Virus record (IMG/VR): IMGVR_UViG_3300032893_000029
Coordinates: 9,636 to 73,635 of that record
Strand: one strand, 5' to 3'
Length of the DNA: 64,000 nucleotides
Source of the DNA: a virus
Shown here: positions 47,923 through 57,546 of the stretch, piece after piece
How positions within the stretch are numbered: position 1 is the first letter of the stretch
Layout: each line of letters begins with the position of its first letter
Position numbers and translations under genes: made by a program
The notes under the pieces: model-generated
What the model saw: the letters and a program-made list of their open reading frames with translations, nothing else
The model's database searches: none
What the model was told of the DNA's origin: nothing

Positions 47923-49677
47923 ATGACCAGCTTCCCAATCCCTGACGCCGTTCTAGCCCGTCACATCGCGGTGCTGGGACAGACCGAGTCCGGAAAGACC
48001 TACGACAGCAAAAGCATTGTCGAGCACCTTGTCGGCGAGGGCTACCGCGTCTGCATCCTCGATACCGTCAAGTCGGACTGGTGGGGCCTGACATCTTCCG
48101 CCAGCGGCAAGCGGCCCGGTCTGCCATTCAAAATCCTTGGCGGTCCGCGCGGGCATGTGCCGCTGCACGCCGGTGCCGGCAAGCCGATCGGCGAGCTCGT
48201 CGCCCGGGGCAAGTTGCCGCTGTCGATCATCGACATGCAGGATTTCGACATGGGCGAGCCGCAGGCCTTCTTTGTCGACTTCGCCAAGGCGCTGTTCAGG
48301 AACGTCAAGGGTGTAGTCTATCTCGTCATCGAGGAAGCCCATGAACTCGCGCCGAAAGAACGTGTCGGCGCCGACAAAGAGAACATGGCGGTGTATTGGG
48401 CGAAGAAGCTCGCCACGGCGAGCCGGACGAAAGGCATCCGGCTTCTCATCGCGTCGCAGCGGACCCAGGCCGTCCACAACGCGCTGCTGGGTAGCTGCGG
48501 GACGATGATTGCGCACTGTCTGCAACTGCCGGCCGATCAGAAACCGGTGAAAGACTGGCTTAAGGCCAACGTCGCCGACAAGGAGCTCTATCAGAAGATC
48601 GAGGGTGATCTTGCCTTTCTGCAAAGCGGCCACGCCTGGGTGTGTTCAGCAAAGGCCGGTTATTTTGAGAAGGTCCACTTCCCGAAGATCGCGACGTTTG
48701 ACAACACCGCAACCCCGGACAAGGACAGCGGTGACTTCGATGTCGCCACGGCGCCGGTCGATGCCGATGAACTCAGGGCCATCATCGGCGATGCGATCAA
48801 GCAAGCCGAAGCCAATGATCCGGTGTTCCTGAAGAAGCGGATTGCCGAGCTCGAGCAAAAGCTGCGGAATCCGGTCTCGCTGGCGCCGCTGGTTCCGGCG
48901 GTCTCGACCGCTGATCTTACGGCCGCGACATGGAAGGGGTTCCGGGAAGGCTTTGAGAAAGGCAAGATCGCCGGCGATGCGGAGGCGCGTGTCCGCATCT
49001 ACCGCGAATTGGTGGATCTGTTCGGCAAGAACATGGCGCAATTCGACGGTGCGCTGGCGACCGCGGCGAGCGATCTTGCCAAAGCGAGCTCCGGCCTCGA
49101 GCCAACGCTGAACGCGCCGCCGATGGTAAAGCCGCCGGAATCGGCCGGCAAAGCGCCTGATGCCGTCATCCGGACCGTTGAACCGCCTAGCGATCTGCCG
49201 AAGGCTATGCGCCGCGTGCTCGATGCAATCGCATGGTGGCGCAACATGGGGATCGAGCCTGTCGAGAAGAAGCGCGCCTGCATTGCCTGCGGTCTGTCGA
49301 CGAAGGCTTCGACATTCGGCGTCTATCTTTCGAAGCTGAAAGAGCTCGGCTACATCGAAGTCGAATCGCCAATGGTGAAGCTGACGCCGGCGGGCTTGGC
49401 GCTTGCCAATCCGCCGTTCGCGACGACGAATGAAGGCCTTTATCGCGTCGCCAGGGACATCCTGGACAGCCAGCCGCAAAAGGTGTTCGAGCTCGTCTAC
49501 AGTCGGCATCCGATCGCGGTCGACAAGGCGTGGCTCGCCGAAAGGATGAATCTCAGCCTCACCGCCAGCACGCTTGGCGTCTACATCAGCAAGGCGGCAA
49601 GCGTCGGGCTGCTCGAGACCCACAAGGGCGGCTTGGTATCGGTTCCGGCGTGGCTGTTCCCTGAAGGTGGCGCATGA
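47923..49677 (+). CDS. HerA/DUF87-like P-loop ATPase with C-terminal wHTH repeats
   Basis: HIAVLGQTESGKT, LVIEEAHE.AP, ASQR; two ST(F/L)GVY.SK segments. Confidence 0.8.
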   Translation: MTSFPIPDAVLARHIAVLGQTESGKTYDSKSIVEHLVGEGYRVCILDTVKSDWWGLTSSASGKRPGLPFKILGGPRGHVPLHAGAGKPIGELVARGKLPLSIIDMQDFDMGEPQAFFVDFAKALFRNVKGVVYLVIEEAHELAPKERVGADKENMAVYWAKKLATASRTKGIRLLIASQRTQAVHNALLGSCGTMIAHCLQLPADQKPVKDWLKANVADKELYQKIEGDLAFLQSGHAWVCSAKAGYFEKVHFPKIATFDNTATPDKDSGDFDVATAPVDADELRAIIGDAIKQAEANDPVFLKKRIAELEQKLRNPVSLAPLVPAVSTADLTAATWKGFREGFEKGKIAGDAEARVRIYRELVDLFGKNMAQFDGALATAASDLAKASSGLEPTLNAPPMVKPPESAGKAPDAVIRTVEPPSDLPKAMRRVLDAIAWWRNMGIEPVEKKRACIACGLSTKASTFGVYLSKLKELGYIEVESPMVKLTPAGLALANPPFATTNEGLYRVARDILDSQPQKVFELVYSRHPIAVDKAWLAERMNLSLTASTLGVYISKAASVGLLETHKGGLVSVPAWLFPEGGA

Positions 49678-51326
49678 TCTTCCGCCGCGACAACGGCAGG
49701 GTGTCCTTCCGCTGCAATCTCACCGGCTGCGAGACGACGATCGACACCGACCAGACCGATATCTGGCTCGCCGCCGATGTGCCGGAGAAGGCCGGATGGA
49801 TCTGTATGAAGCGCGGGAAATACTGGACGCATTTCTGCTGTGCAGCGCATAGCGAAGCCCATTACGGAGCCATCCTATGAAATGCCAGATCGTCAAGGGA
49901 CCCGGCGGATCGGCCATGATCATCTGCGGCTCGCGCCGGCAGAACGCGCTGACATGCGCGTTCTGTTCGGCAAAGGCGACACGGCTCTGCGATTTTGTCG
50001 TCGAACCACGCGTCGGGCATGTGCCACCGAAAACCTGTGACAAGCCGCTCTGCACGGCTTGCGCTGTCAGGTTCGGCACCGACAGCGATTCCTGCCCGGA
50101 CCATCCGATTCCCGATGGCGCCGGCGAACAGCTTAAACTTGAGATCTGAAAGGAGCATCGTGTGATTGATAAGTTTGAGCCACAGAGGCCGCAGTACACC
50201 GCTCACATCGTCGATTGGATGCTATGGCAATTTCGTTTCCGCGTGCTAGTGCGGCCAGAGAGCCTCGTAAACCTGAACGTCCTCTAAGGAGAAAAAGCGA
50301 TGTTTGACGAAAACGATGTCGTCGAGGTCCGCCGCTGCGTCGGCTGCGGCTGCACCGATCGCCGTGCCTGCCCGGAGGGCTGCTACTGGATCAAGCCGGA
50401 TCTGTGCAGCACATGCTGGGCCGCGGAAGTCGATCCTCTCATCGAGGCTGCACTGGACTGGTCGAACAGCGTGGCGGAGCGCGGCAACAGCCAGTCCGAC
50501 ACGTTTGCCGGCCGGATCGGCGACAGGCCTTGCCGGATAGAGGCCACGCCGAGCGCGATCCGGGTGTTCGATCACTTGCAGGTTGAAATCTTCTCTGTCG
50601 AGGCCGACGGCTGGCGGATGCTGCCGGCGTACCATCCGCGGGAACTGATGCCGCTGTTCGAGACCGCGCGATGAACCCGTTCGAAGCCCTTCTTGTCAGC
50701 ACCGCCGGCGCAATCGCCGGGGCGATCGTTCTCGAGCTCCAATGGCGGCTCGCATTCCAGAAGGGGCTTAAGGCCGGCAGCACGATTAAGGTCGCATTCG
50801 AAAAGCTGCTGCCGGCGCCGCCATCGGAGCTCTATGTCGATGTCATCGATCCGGAGGGCGCCGTGCTTGGGACGAAGAAGGCCGGCTTCTACATCGATGA
50901 CGACGGCAATCTCTGCAACGCCGCCGATGTTGAAATCTTCGTCGGCGCCATTCCGTCGGCCCTTTTCTTCGTCATCCGGGCGGAATCCGCCCGCTGCATC
51001 ATGCGGGCCACGCCGGCGACGTTTGACAATAAGGACGTGATCGGCAAAAACACCGTTGTCATACGGCGCGACGAAATATCGCTTCACATCGTTCCGCCGA
51101 AGAAGTCGGAAAGCCGAGTGTCATGAACGCCTACATCGTGGTTTCCAATCTGCTCGAGATCGCCAGGCAGCGCGAACATCAGGCGCACGCCCGGCGCTTC
51201 GAAGCGCAGGAATCGGCAATGGTGGAGGTCGGCGACATCCGCGGCCGCGCCGCTGTGCTCACCAGGGCATTGACCGGCGGCTACGCCGCGAGTCTTCCGG
51301 CGTCGCTGATCCACCGCGCTGCCTAA
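49674..51326 (+). CDS. Small ORFs (49674-49880, 49877-50149, 50300-50674, 50671-51126, 51123-51326), several Cys-rich
   Basis: ATGA overlaps; C..CGCTD..AC..GC.W....LCS.C in 50300-50674. Confidence 0.55.
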
Positions 51327-51328
51327 AC

Positions 51329-51360
51329 AAAAAGACCCCCGGATTTCTCCGGGGGTCTCT
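51329..51360 (-). terminator. Intrinsic (possibly bidirectional) terminator
   Basis: AGACCCCCGGA-GAAA-TCCGGGGGTCT-TTTT on minus strand. Confidence 0.8.
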
Positions 51361-51511
51361 AGAGCACCGGCTTTCGCCGTCTGCCTTCACCATAGGATGC
51401 CCTACATCAGAACTGCAGGAGCATCAGCTTTCTTCGTCTTTCAGCCACCAGGACCGTTGTCGTGTTTGTCATGAAAACGACTCCTCTGTTTCGACTCGCA
51501 CCCTGCCATAG

Positions 51512-51545
51512 AAAAAGGGCCCGGAGCTATGGCGCCCGGGCCCTC
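51512..51545 (-). terminator. tmRNA terminator
   Basis: AGGGCCCGG/CCGGGCCCT stem followed by TTTT on minus strand. Confidence 0.75.
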
Positions 51546-51866
51546 TCCTTCTGTTGCCAGGGCCCCTTAAGGGGCCCCCGGAGCTCAGGCCGCTACGCGG
51601 TCCGCTCCAGCGAACGTATTGTCGTTCGCATCTATGTTGCCCGCGGGTCTCCTGTGAGGCCTTCCCGCCCGTCGATCCTGTTTCGTCCCCTTATCGCCCA
51701 CCGGCCAGACTGGTTACTGGGGCAATTCTGCCGCAAGCGGCGCGACCGTCGGTCCCCCGAGCGGACTCGCGATGGGCGTTTCGGTGCCAACCGAAACTGG
51801 TGGAGACGCCGGGTACCGCCCCCGGGTCCGGCTCGATCCGTCCTCACGATCACTGATTTGCGAGCG
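51546..51866 (-). ncRNA. ssrA: Two-piece (permuted) tmRNA; tag ANDNTFAGADRVAA
   Basis: Acceptor piece ends GACCCGGGGGCGGTACCCGGCGTCTCCACCA (CCA at 51798); coding piece starts GGGGACGAAACAGGATCGAC at 51690; G3-U70 pair; tag 51629-51585; CTGGCAACAGAAG end. Confidence 0.92.
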
Positions 51867-51894
51867 GCGGGACCATAGCGCCGGCGCGGACAAG

Positions 51895-51921
51895 AAAAAA
51901 GCCCCGGCCGGAGCCGGGGCT
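51895..51921 (-). terminator. Terminator of lysis/late operon
   Basis: AGCCCCGGC-TCCG-GCCGGGGCT-TTTTT. Confidence 0.85.
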
Positions 51922-51978
51922 GAAGTCTGAAGCGTACTCTGATGTCCCGCGAATCGGCGAAGCGATTCGAAGCCCGAT

Positions 51979-52284
51979 TTATCGATGACCCCGCAGTTCT
52001 GTCAATTGCCGTCGCTGTCGGCCGCGGGCGAGATAGGGTCTCAAAAAGAACATGACACCGACGACGAGAACGCAGGCGTGCATTCCGAGGATGCACCATC
52101 TGGCGCCCCCGATCGCAATCGGAAATTCTGCAAGATGGCTTACAGCCAGCACGAGCGAGCAATACAGCCAGATTGCAACCGTCACTCTCATCCATATCGG
52201 ATGATCGGCATAATCGCGCAAAAACACTGCAACCACGAAGAATGTACCGATCAAAAGAAGGATGGCGTCGAGACGCAGGAACAT
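51979..52284 (-). CDS. Three-TM membrane protein (lysis cassette)
   Basis: Three hydrophobic segments, basic tail. Confidence 0.6.
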   Translation of the reverse strand: MFLRLDAILLLIGTFFVVAVFLRDYADHPIWMRVTVAIWLYCSLVLAVSHLAEFPIAIGGARWCILGMHACVLVVGVMFFLRPYLARGRQRRQLTELRGHR

Positions 52285-52598
52285 TACTGCTCTCCTTTAC
52301 TGATGCCTCTTAAACGTTTCAGCACACCGATGGGGTCTTGCCTTATAGCGTTCACGCCGGCGATGGCGCCGCCGCAAAGACCCATGCCGGTCAGCCCGAA
52401 GAAAAATCCGAACGCACCGATCCACTCGTTGTCCCAATGCAACCACTGTACCAGCGGCACCGGCAGAAGGATCGACAGCGCGGAACCGCAGAGCACGATC
52501 GACAAACCGCTAAGCCAGGTGATCCTTCCCTGAAACAGGAAGGCAATCGCGACGCCGAACATCCCCCATTCGGCACCGCCGACAGACATCTTGTCCAT
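52284..52598 (-). CDS. Holin-like membrane protein
   Basis: About three TM segments; GFFFGLTGM; DP...LKR tail. Confidence 0.6.
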   Translation of the reverse strand: MDKMSVGGAEWGMFGVAIAFLFQGRITWLSGLSIVLCGSALSILLPVPLVQWLHWDNEWIGAFGFFFGLTGMGLCGGAIAGVNAIRQDPIGVLKRLRGISKGEQ

Positions 52599-52610
52599 GA
52601 CGCAAAACCT

Positions 52611-53399
52611 TTATGCCGTGACCGCTGCCAGGTCGGATTGCAGTTGTGCGAGATCGAAGCCGCTTGGTGCAGTGCCGGATGTCCTGATCCAGTCCGGCGA
52701 CAACACGGCGTAGGCTTCATCGGCGTATGCGGCGAGCCACGCCCATGTCAGCCGCTTCGGCGCTCCCCACGTGATGCAGGTCAGCCCGTTGGCATCATAG
52801 GCGACGAGCGGCACGGCATGACCGCCCCAGGAGTCCGGTTCCCATTCGCCGGTGAGCGTGAAGCCCGGCGAAAATCCCGGTGGCACATCCCAGACATCCT
52901 GCGACTGCGCCGACAGCGGCAGAGCGACACCGATGTAGGCGGCGCCGAACAACATCAGCGTCGCCTTAACGTCGGTCTGGTTCGTGAAATCGATCGAGGC
53001 GTAGGCGTTGATTTTGTGGCCGGCGATTCCGGTCTGTCGCCAATAGTTCAGAACGTCGAGCTCGACGCAGCCGTTGTCGGTTGAGGCGTCACCGGGGACA
53101 TAGCCGCCAAGAGTTTCGTAGGCGGCGAGGATCTGTGGATCTGGCGCGATGAACTCCGTTCCGGCATCCGCGGTCCAGAGCTCGATGCAGTGCCCGACCG
53201 CGGCGATCGTGCAATCGCCCAAGCTGTCGTTCAGCATCATCGGCCAGTTGTTCTTGACCGCGGCAGTGTAATCCACCATCGCCGGCAGCGGCGGCAGCGC
53301 TTCCGGCTTCAGATATTTCGCCAGCTTCAGCGTTCGGCTGTCGTGCCGTGGTTTCGCTTTTCCGAGTCTGCAACGGGCAGGATCGTGAAACATCGTCAT
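52611..53399 (-). CDS. Papain-like (C1-like) cysteine peptidase
   Basis: LND.LGDCT.AA.GH ... WGGHAV...YD ... ITWG. Confidence 0.7.
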   Translation of the reverse strand: MTMFHDPARCRLGKAKPRHDSRTLKLAKYLKPEALPPLPAMVDYTAAVKNNWPMMLNDSLGDCTIAAVGHCIELWTADAGTEFIAPDPQILAAYETLGGYVPGDASTDNGCVELDVLNYWRQTGIAGHKINAYASIDFTNQTDVKATLMLFGAAYIGVALPLSAQSQDVWDVPPGFSPGFTLTGEWEPDSWGGHAVPLVAYDANGLTCITWGAPKRLTWAWLAAYADEAYAVLSPDWIRTSGTAPSGFDLAQLQSDLAAVTA

Positions 53400-53421
53400 T
53401 CCCCCTTTTTCAGATTTTACA

Positions 53422-54009
53422 TCACGTCGGTTCTAGACACAGAAGAGCGTCGCAATCCGGCGCCGGGATGAATTGCATCCCGGCAAGCCGTTTCGTTAAT
53501 CTCGGATTCATTCCGATATTTTTGCTGTAGCCGTACTTCGCATAGTGGCAGCGCTTACAGAGCCCAAGCGAGTAATGCTTTCGCTCAGGGTGACATTCGG
53601 CCGGCAGATGTGCCTCGCGCCTTTTGTTCGGCCTCTCGTCCCAGCGACGGAGACAGTCCTTTATTTTTTCTGATCTTCGCGCGCCCATATAGGGCAATAC
53701 CTGCCGCATTATCCGAGCAGCCGCATAGCCGCCAACTTGAGCGCGCAAAAATGGCTTCGTTCCGAGTCCATTTTTTCTTATCGGCTGACCGCTCACTCGA
53801 CAATTTTCCATCAGCAGTGCTGCTCGACGGATCACATCTTCGTCTGTCATTTCGATACTAATTGCGATCGAGATACCGACGCAGTTTCGGTGTGGTCGCC
53901 AGACAAAGCTTCCTTCACCTTCAAGCAGGCCGGCGAGCCAAGCTGCTTCCAGATCGGTCAGCGCGCGTCCTTGATATATGCCTCGATTCCTTGGAGATAG
54001 AGTGTCCAT
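53422..54009 (-). CDS. LAGLIDADG-type homing endonuclease
   Basis: AWLAGLLEGEGSF, I.MTDEDVI, PYM..R+; start uncertain. Confidence 0.7.
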   Translation of the reverse strand: MDTLSPRNRGIYQGRALTDLEAAWLAGLLEGEGSFVWRPHRNCVGISIAISIEMTDEDVIRRAALLMENCRVSGQPIRKNGLGTKPFLRAQVGGYAAARIMRQVLPYMGARRSEKIKDCLRRWDERPNKRREAHLPAECHPERKHYSLGLCKRCHYAKYGYSKNIGMNPRLTKRLAGMQFIPAPDCDALLCLEPT

Positions 54010-54593
54010 CGGTGCCTCGCAAAGACCCCCCAAGAGTCTCCGAGTTCCGGCGCTACATCAAGCGGAATGAAATCGCGCGGCGGCACATATGGCCAACTCG
54101 GCAGTGTCGGCGGCACCATCGTTACCGGATCGTCGCCGTTCTTGTACGACGCGATTGACACCGGGCCGAGAAGATCAGCGAGCTTCTGAAAGCCGGGGCG
54201 AGGCGAACCCATTACGACGACGCGTTGCGGCCGCTTCGATCTTACTTCGTGACGTGCCGCATGAAGCAGTGCATGCGCCGCACCGAGACTATGACCGCTG
54301 ATTATGACTTTTGCGCCCAAGGTCGCGTCGACCTGGTCCCAAACGGCGCTGACGCCCTTCAGAAACCCGGCGTGGACCTTTCCGAACACCGGATAGTCGA
54401 CGGGCTCAAAATCGAGATCGTCGATCCAGTCCAGCGCCGTTGTCGATCCGCGCCAGATGACGACATCGACATCGCCAACCCGCTTGCGTGCGGCGAAGCC
54501 GCCGTCATGCGGCCAGAGATTATCCCAATCCGCATCGAGCGGATTGTCGTCGTAGAGCTTGAAGCAGATTTTGGCGATGTCGAGGTCGTTCAT
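53958..54593 (-). CDS. Lipase class 3
   Basis: WRGST...DWIDD, VHAGF, GHSLGAA, GSPRPG, N..DPV..VP, H....Y. Confidence 0.85.
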   Translation of the reverse strand: MNDLDIAKICFKLYDDNPLDADWDNLWPHDGGFAARKRVGDVDVVIWRGSTTALDWIDDLDFEPVDYPVFGKVHAGFLKGVSAVWDQVDATLGAKVIISGHSLGAAHALLHAARHEVRSKRPQRVVVMGSPRPGFQKLADLLGPVSIASYKNGDDPVTMVPPTLPSWPYVPPRDFIPLDVAPELGDSWGVFARHRWTLYLQGIEAYIKDAR

Positions 54594-54606
54594 TGCCGGC
54601 GCTCCG

Positions 54607-55311
54607 TTACGGTTTGACGCCGAACGCGGCAAGGTTCGCCAGGAAGAGGGCAGGCTGATTCTGCACGTCGACCTGAAGCGGCCCGCAGGCCTGTTCCAGT
54701 GCCTGAACCTGGCTCTGCGAGATCAGGTTCGTGCTGTCCTGAAGCGAGACGCGACCCTGCTCGAAAGCGGAAAAGGCACCGGACACCGGATTTGTCGTCA
54801 ATCCGCTGGCGATGGCCTGCTGCTGTTTCACGAAGGTCTCGAGGCCTTCGAAGCAGTTCGAGGCCATCGTGTCCTTGTTTGCGATCGCAATGGCATCGGC
54901 GTTCTCGAGATCTGCGACGGCAAAGTTGGCGATCTTCGCCACGCTCTGTTGCAGCGACGGCGAGCCCGTGATCCCGCCGGCGCCGTTGCTGGCACACGCC
55001 GACAGCGCGCCGGCGAGAACTGCGACCGCAAAGAACGGAAACAGCAATGCCAGCATCATGCCGGCGCTGCGACGGCCGCTCTGCGCCGCGTCGGCGAGGA
55101 GCGCCTTCACCTTCGCGACATTCGCCGGATGGTTGACCAGGCTGTGCAGCAACACGACGGCGATGACGAATACCGCCATGATCAGCGTCAGGATCGCCGA
55201 GCGGACGTTGTCCGGCAGCATCGGCGTGAAGTATGCGAACACCGTCGCGAAGGCCGCGACGACGGCCGCCCAGTTGATGTTTGTCGGCATCGGAAAATCG
55301 ATGTTGTCCAT
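54607..55311 (-). CDS. Membrane protein with internal lipobox
   Basis: Two N-terminal TMs, then hydrophobic segment ending LSAC. Confidence 0.65.
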   Translation of the reverse strand: MDNIDFPMPTNINWAAVVAAFATVFAYFTPMLPDNVRSAILTLIMAVFVIAVVLLHSLVNHPANVAKVKALLADAAQSGRRSAGMMLALLFPFFAVAVLAGALSACASNGAGGITGSPSLQQSVAKIANFAVADLENADAIAIANKDTMASNCFEGLETFVKQQQAIASGLTTNPVSGAFSAFEQGRVSLQDSTNLISQSQVQALEQACGPLQVDVQNQPALFLANLAAFGVKP

Positions 55312-55441
55312 GATGTTTTTCTCCGTGAGGTTTTCCCGGCGATGACTGTCATCCCAGGCGGGAGCCGTCCATCGCCGCGCTCCCCCCGCACGCCCTCACG
55401 GGTACGGCAGAAGGCCCCACACGATGATGAACGGCCCGCGT

Positions 55442-56002
55442 CTAGGATGCCGGCAGAAGTTTCGACAGGTAGGCCGCTTCGGCCTTGCGGCGAGTCGGAT
55501 AAGGGTCGCCGAAATGCTCGAGCTCAGCGACAGCCCCGGGCCAGTCCCGGCGGACCATGAGCCGCCAGAAGACCGGGCAGCGATCGGCCAGCCCGCCGCC
55601 GTACTGGTAGGCGACAGAGGCCAGGACGGTCATGGCGGGTTCCGGTAGACCGGCAAACGAGCCCGGGCCGGCAAAGGCGTCATAGCGGCGCCTCAGCGGC
55701 CCCAAAACCGCGGCCCGCCCCAAGGCGTCCAGAGCCAGCGCCTGATCCTCGGTCAGCCTCAGCGGCCGTTTTTTGAGCGCTTCCACAGCCGCCAGCTTTT
55801 TCAAGCCGAGATAGGGCTGGACCAGCGCCTGGAGGTCCCCGGGAAGGCCCCGGATGTCTGCGGGGCCGATCTGGCCCAGATCGACGCCGGCCCCGATGGT
55901 CACCCCGGAATTCGAGTTCCCGGCATAGGGAACATATCCGGTCAGGACATCGCCGCCTTCAAGGGAGCAAATCCATTGCCAGTTAGGTCTAGCTGCTTCC
56001 AA
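55442..56002 (-). CDS. Endolysin, pesticin C-terminal-like muramidase
   Basis: LEG....GYVP....NSGVTIG.GVDLGQ, PYLGLK, SVAYQYG, Y.TRR..EA.YL. Confidence 0.85.
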   Translation of the reverse strand: MEAARPNWQWICSLEGGDVLTGYVPYAGNSNSGVTIGAGVDLGQIGPADIRGLPGDLQALVQPYLGLKKLAAVEALKKRPLRLTEDQALALDALGRAAVLGPLRRRYDAFAGPGSFAGLPEPAMTVLASVAYQYGGGLADRCPVFWRLMVRRDWPGAVAELEHFGDPYPTRRKAEAAYLSKLLPAS

Positions 56003-56574
56003 CGCTTCGCCCTCACGATCTGACTGACGGTCCGGGCGTCGACGCCGAATTTTCGCCCTATGCTGGCATAGCTTTCATTTGCCGCCGCTAATCTCTTAAT
56101 CTCGACGGCCTGCGACACGGTCAGCCGCGAGGCGCCGTGTCGCTCTCCCCACGCGACGGTCGCATGAAGAATTTTATCAGCGGCGTTTTCTTCTGGTGTG
56201 GCCCAGCGCAGATGGAACGGGGTCACGCAAGCCAGATGCCCCTTTCCGCAGGAATGAGCTGCCTGATGACGCTCGGTCGGCGCGGGTCCATATAGGCGTT
56301 CACAGATCAACCGCGAAACCTGATGGAATTTACCGTCGACCCAAAGGCAGGCACCACTTTTGCGAACCGTTTTGAAAGGCCAGAAGAGACACAGATTCCG
56401 GTCTGTATAAGCCAACACAACGGTTTCGAAATATCTGCGCTGTGCGCCATTTTCGATCCTGCCGCCGAGCGGGTCGCCATGGTCGACGAAACGCCGGTAG
56501 TGCCTATCGCAGAACCCTTTCGCCCAATGCTTATTGCCGCAACTCGGCACGGAACATATACGGGAGATGGTCAT
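55942..56574 (-). CDS. HNH homing endonuclease
   Basis: CSV..C......GFC..HY.R; AAHSCGKGH..CV.P.HLRW.T..EN..D. Confidence 0.85.
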   Translation of the reverse strand: MTISRICSVPSCGNKHWAKGFCDRHYRRFVDHGDPLGGRIENGAQRRYFETVVLAYTDRNLCLFWPFKTVRKSGACLWVDGKFHQVSRLICERLYGPAPTERHQAAHSCGKGHLACVTPFHLRWATPEENAADKILHATVAWGERHGASRLTVSQAVEIKRLAAANESYASIGRKFGVDARTVSQIVRAKRWKQLDLTGNGFAPLKAAMS

Positions 56575-56649
56575 TTTCGAGCTTCCACAGAGTTCGAACT
56601 TGGCTGAGGACCTAAGAACGTTAGCGCGTTCTCAGGTCCGCCATATTAA

Positions 56650-57015
56650 TCACCCGAACCAGCACAGCAAAAGAATGGCGTCACTGAGATCCGCCGTGAC
56701 GCCGCCGGTGTTCTCGATCGACATGATCAGCGAGCCGGCGCAGATGCCGTCGTTGGTGTTCTTCGACGCGAAGGTGTCGGCGACGAGCGCTTGCGTGATC
56801 GCGGCGCCGATCGGCAGCGTTGCGGCACGGTCGATGTAGCGCTGAATCGTGATCGTACCGGTCTGGCTGAGCTCGGCGCCGAAGGCGAAGGCGTTGAAAC
56901 CGGCGAGCGGAATCGGCGCCGATGACCAGGTGTCGCTGGCCCCGATCGTCGCCGGAGCATCGAGATTTGGATAGGTCTGAAAGCCGCCGTTCGAGGCGAC
57001 GCCGAATCCGGCCAT
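56650..57015 (-). CDS. Beta-sandwich virion protein, paralog of 8355-8726
   Basis: Shared motifs with 8355-8726; follows fibre genes. Confidence 0.65.
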   Translation of the reverse strand: MAGFGVASNGGFQTYPNLDAPATIGASDTWSSAPIPLAGFNAFAFGAELSQTGTITIQRYIDRAATLPIGAAITQALVADTFASKNTNDGICAGSLIMSIENTGGVTADLSDAILLLCWFG

Positions 57016-57027
57016 GTCGGAGCTCCT

Positions 57028-57543
57028 TTAGAGAATCGGCGTCCAGGCGCCGGAGATTTTCTTATAGATGAAGTTGCCGGCGACGACGCCGTCCTGGCGG
57101 AAGGCGAAATCGCCATTGTTGCCATCGGCGTTGCTCGGCGCGCCTACGGTGACCCAAAGCCCGCAGAGACTCTGTGCGTCACCCGTGGCGAGCAGCGGCG
57201 GATAGATCGGGTTGGTTTCGGCCTGGATCTTGTCCGGCTGGAGGAAGTTCGCCGCCGTTCCGCCGGTCAAAAGGTTCTGCGCGTAATCCCCGGTGTTCCA
57301 GTTCTGCGCCGTGGTGCCTTCCTGCCCGCGCTCGATCGTGAAGGTGTCGACCGACGCCGCGGTGACATAAACGACTTCGCGAATCGTCCCGGTCGCCGCG
57401 TCGACGAGCGTCAGCGCGAAGATGTTGCCATCGGTCGGGTTTGGAAAATTCGCTCCGGTCCCGGTGGCGACCGTCATCGAGGTCGCTGTCGATGTCAGCG
57501 GCGCCGCCAGCGTCGTCGAGGCGTTGTTGGAAAACAGGAACAT
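57028..57543 (-). CDS. Short tail-fibre protein
   Basis: N-terminal domain homologous to that of 57547-58845 (NNA.TTLA, GTGA.FP, EVV.VTA, ERGQEGT.A..W). Confidence 0.75.
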   Translation of the reverse strand: MFLFSNNASTTLAAPLTSTATSMTVATGTGANFPNPTDGNIFALTLVDAATGTIREVVYVTAASVDTFTIERGQEGTTAQNWNTGDYAQNLLTGGTAANFLQPDKIQAETNPIYPPLLATGDAQSLCGLWVTVGAPSNADGNNGDFAFRQDGVVAGNFIYKKISGAWTPIL

Positions 57544-57546
57544 CGC

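Noticed and set aside
51365-51430. Hammerhead ribozyme, fluoride riboswitch or UGA-SECIS readthrough
   Set aside because: CUGAUGA core and required pairings incomplete; no support for selenocysteine
53440-53500. Hairpin GCCGGGATG-AATTG-CATCCCGGC as a C4-like RNA or intron remnant
   Set aside because: Single hairpin inside the LAGLIDADG ORF tail; no further supporting structure
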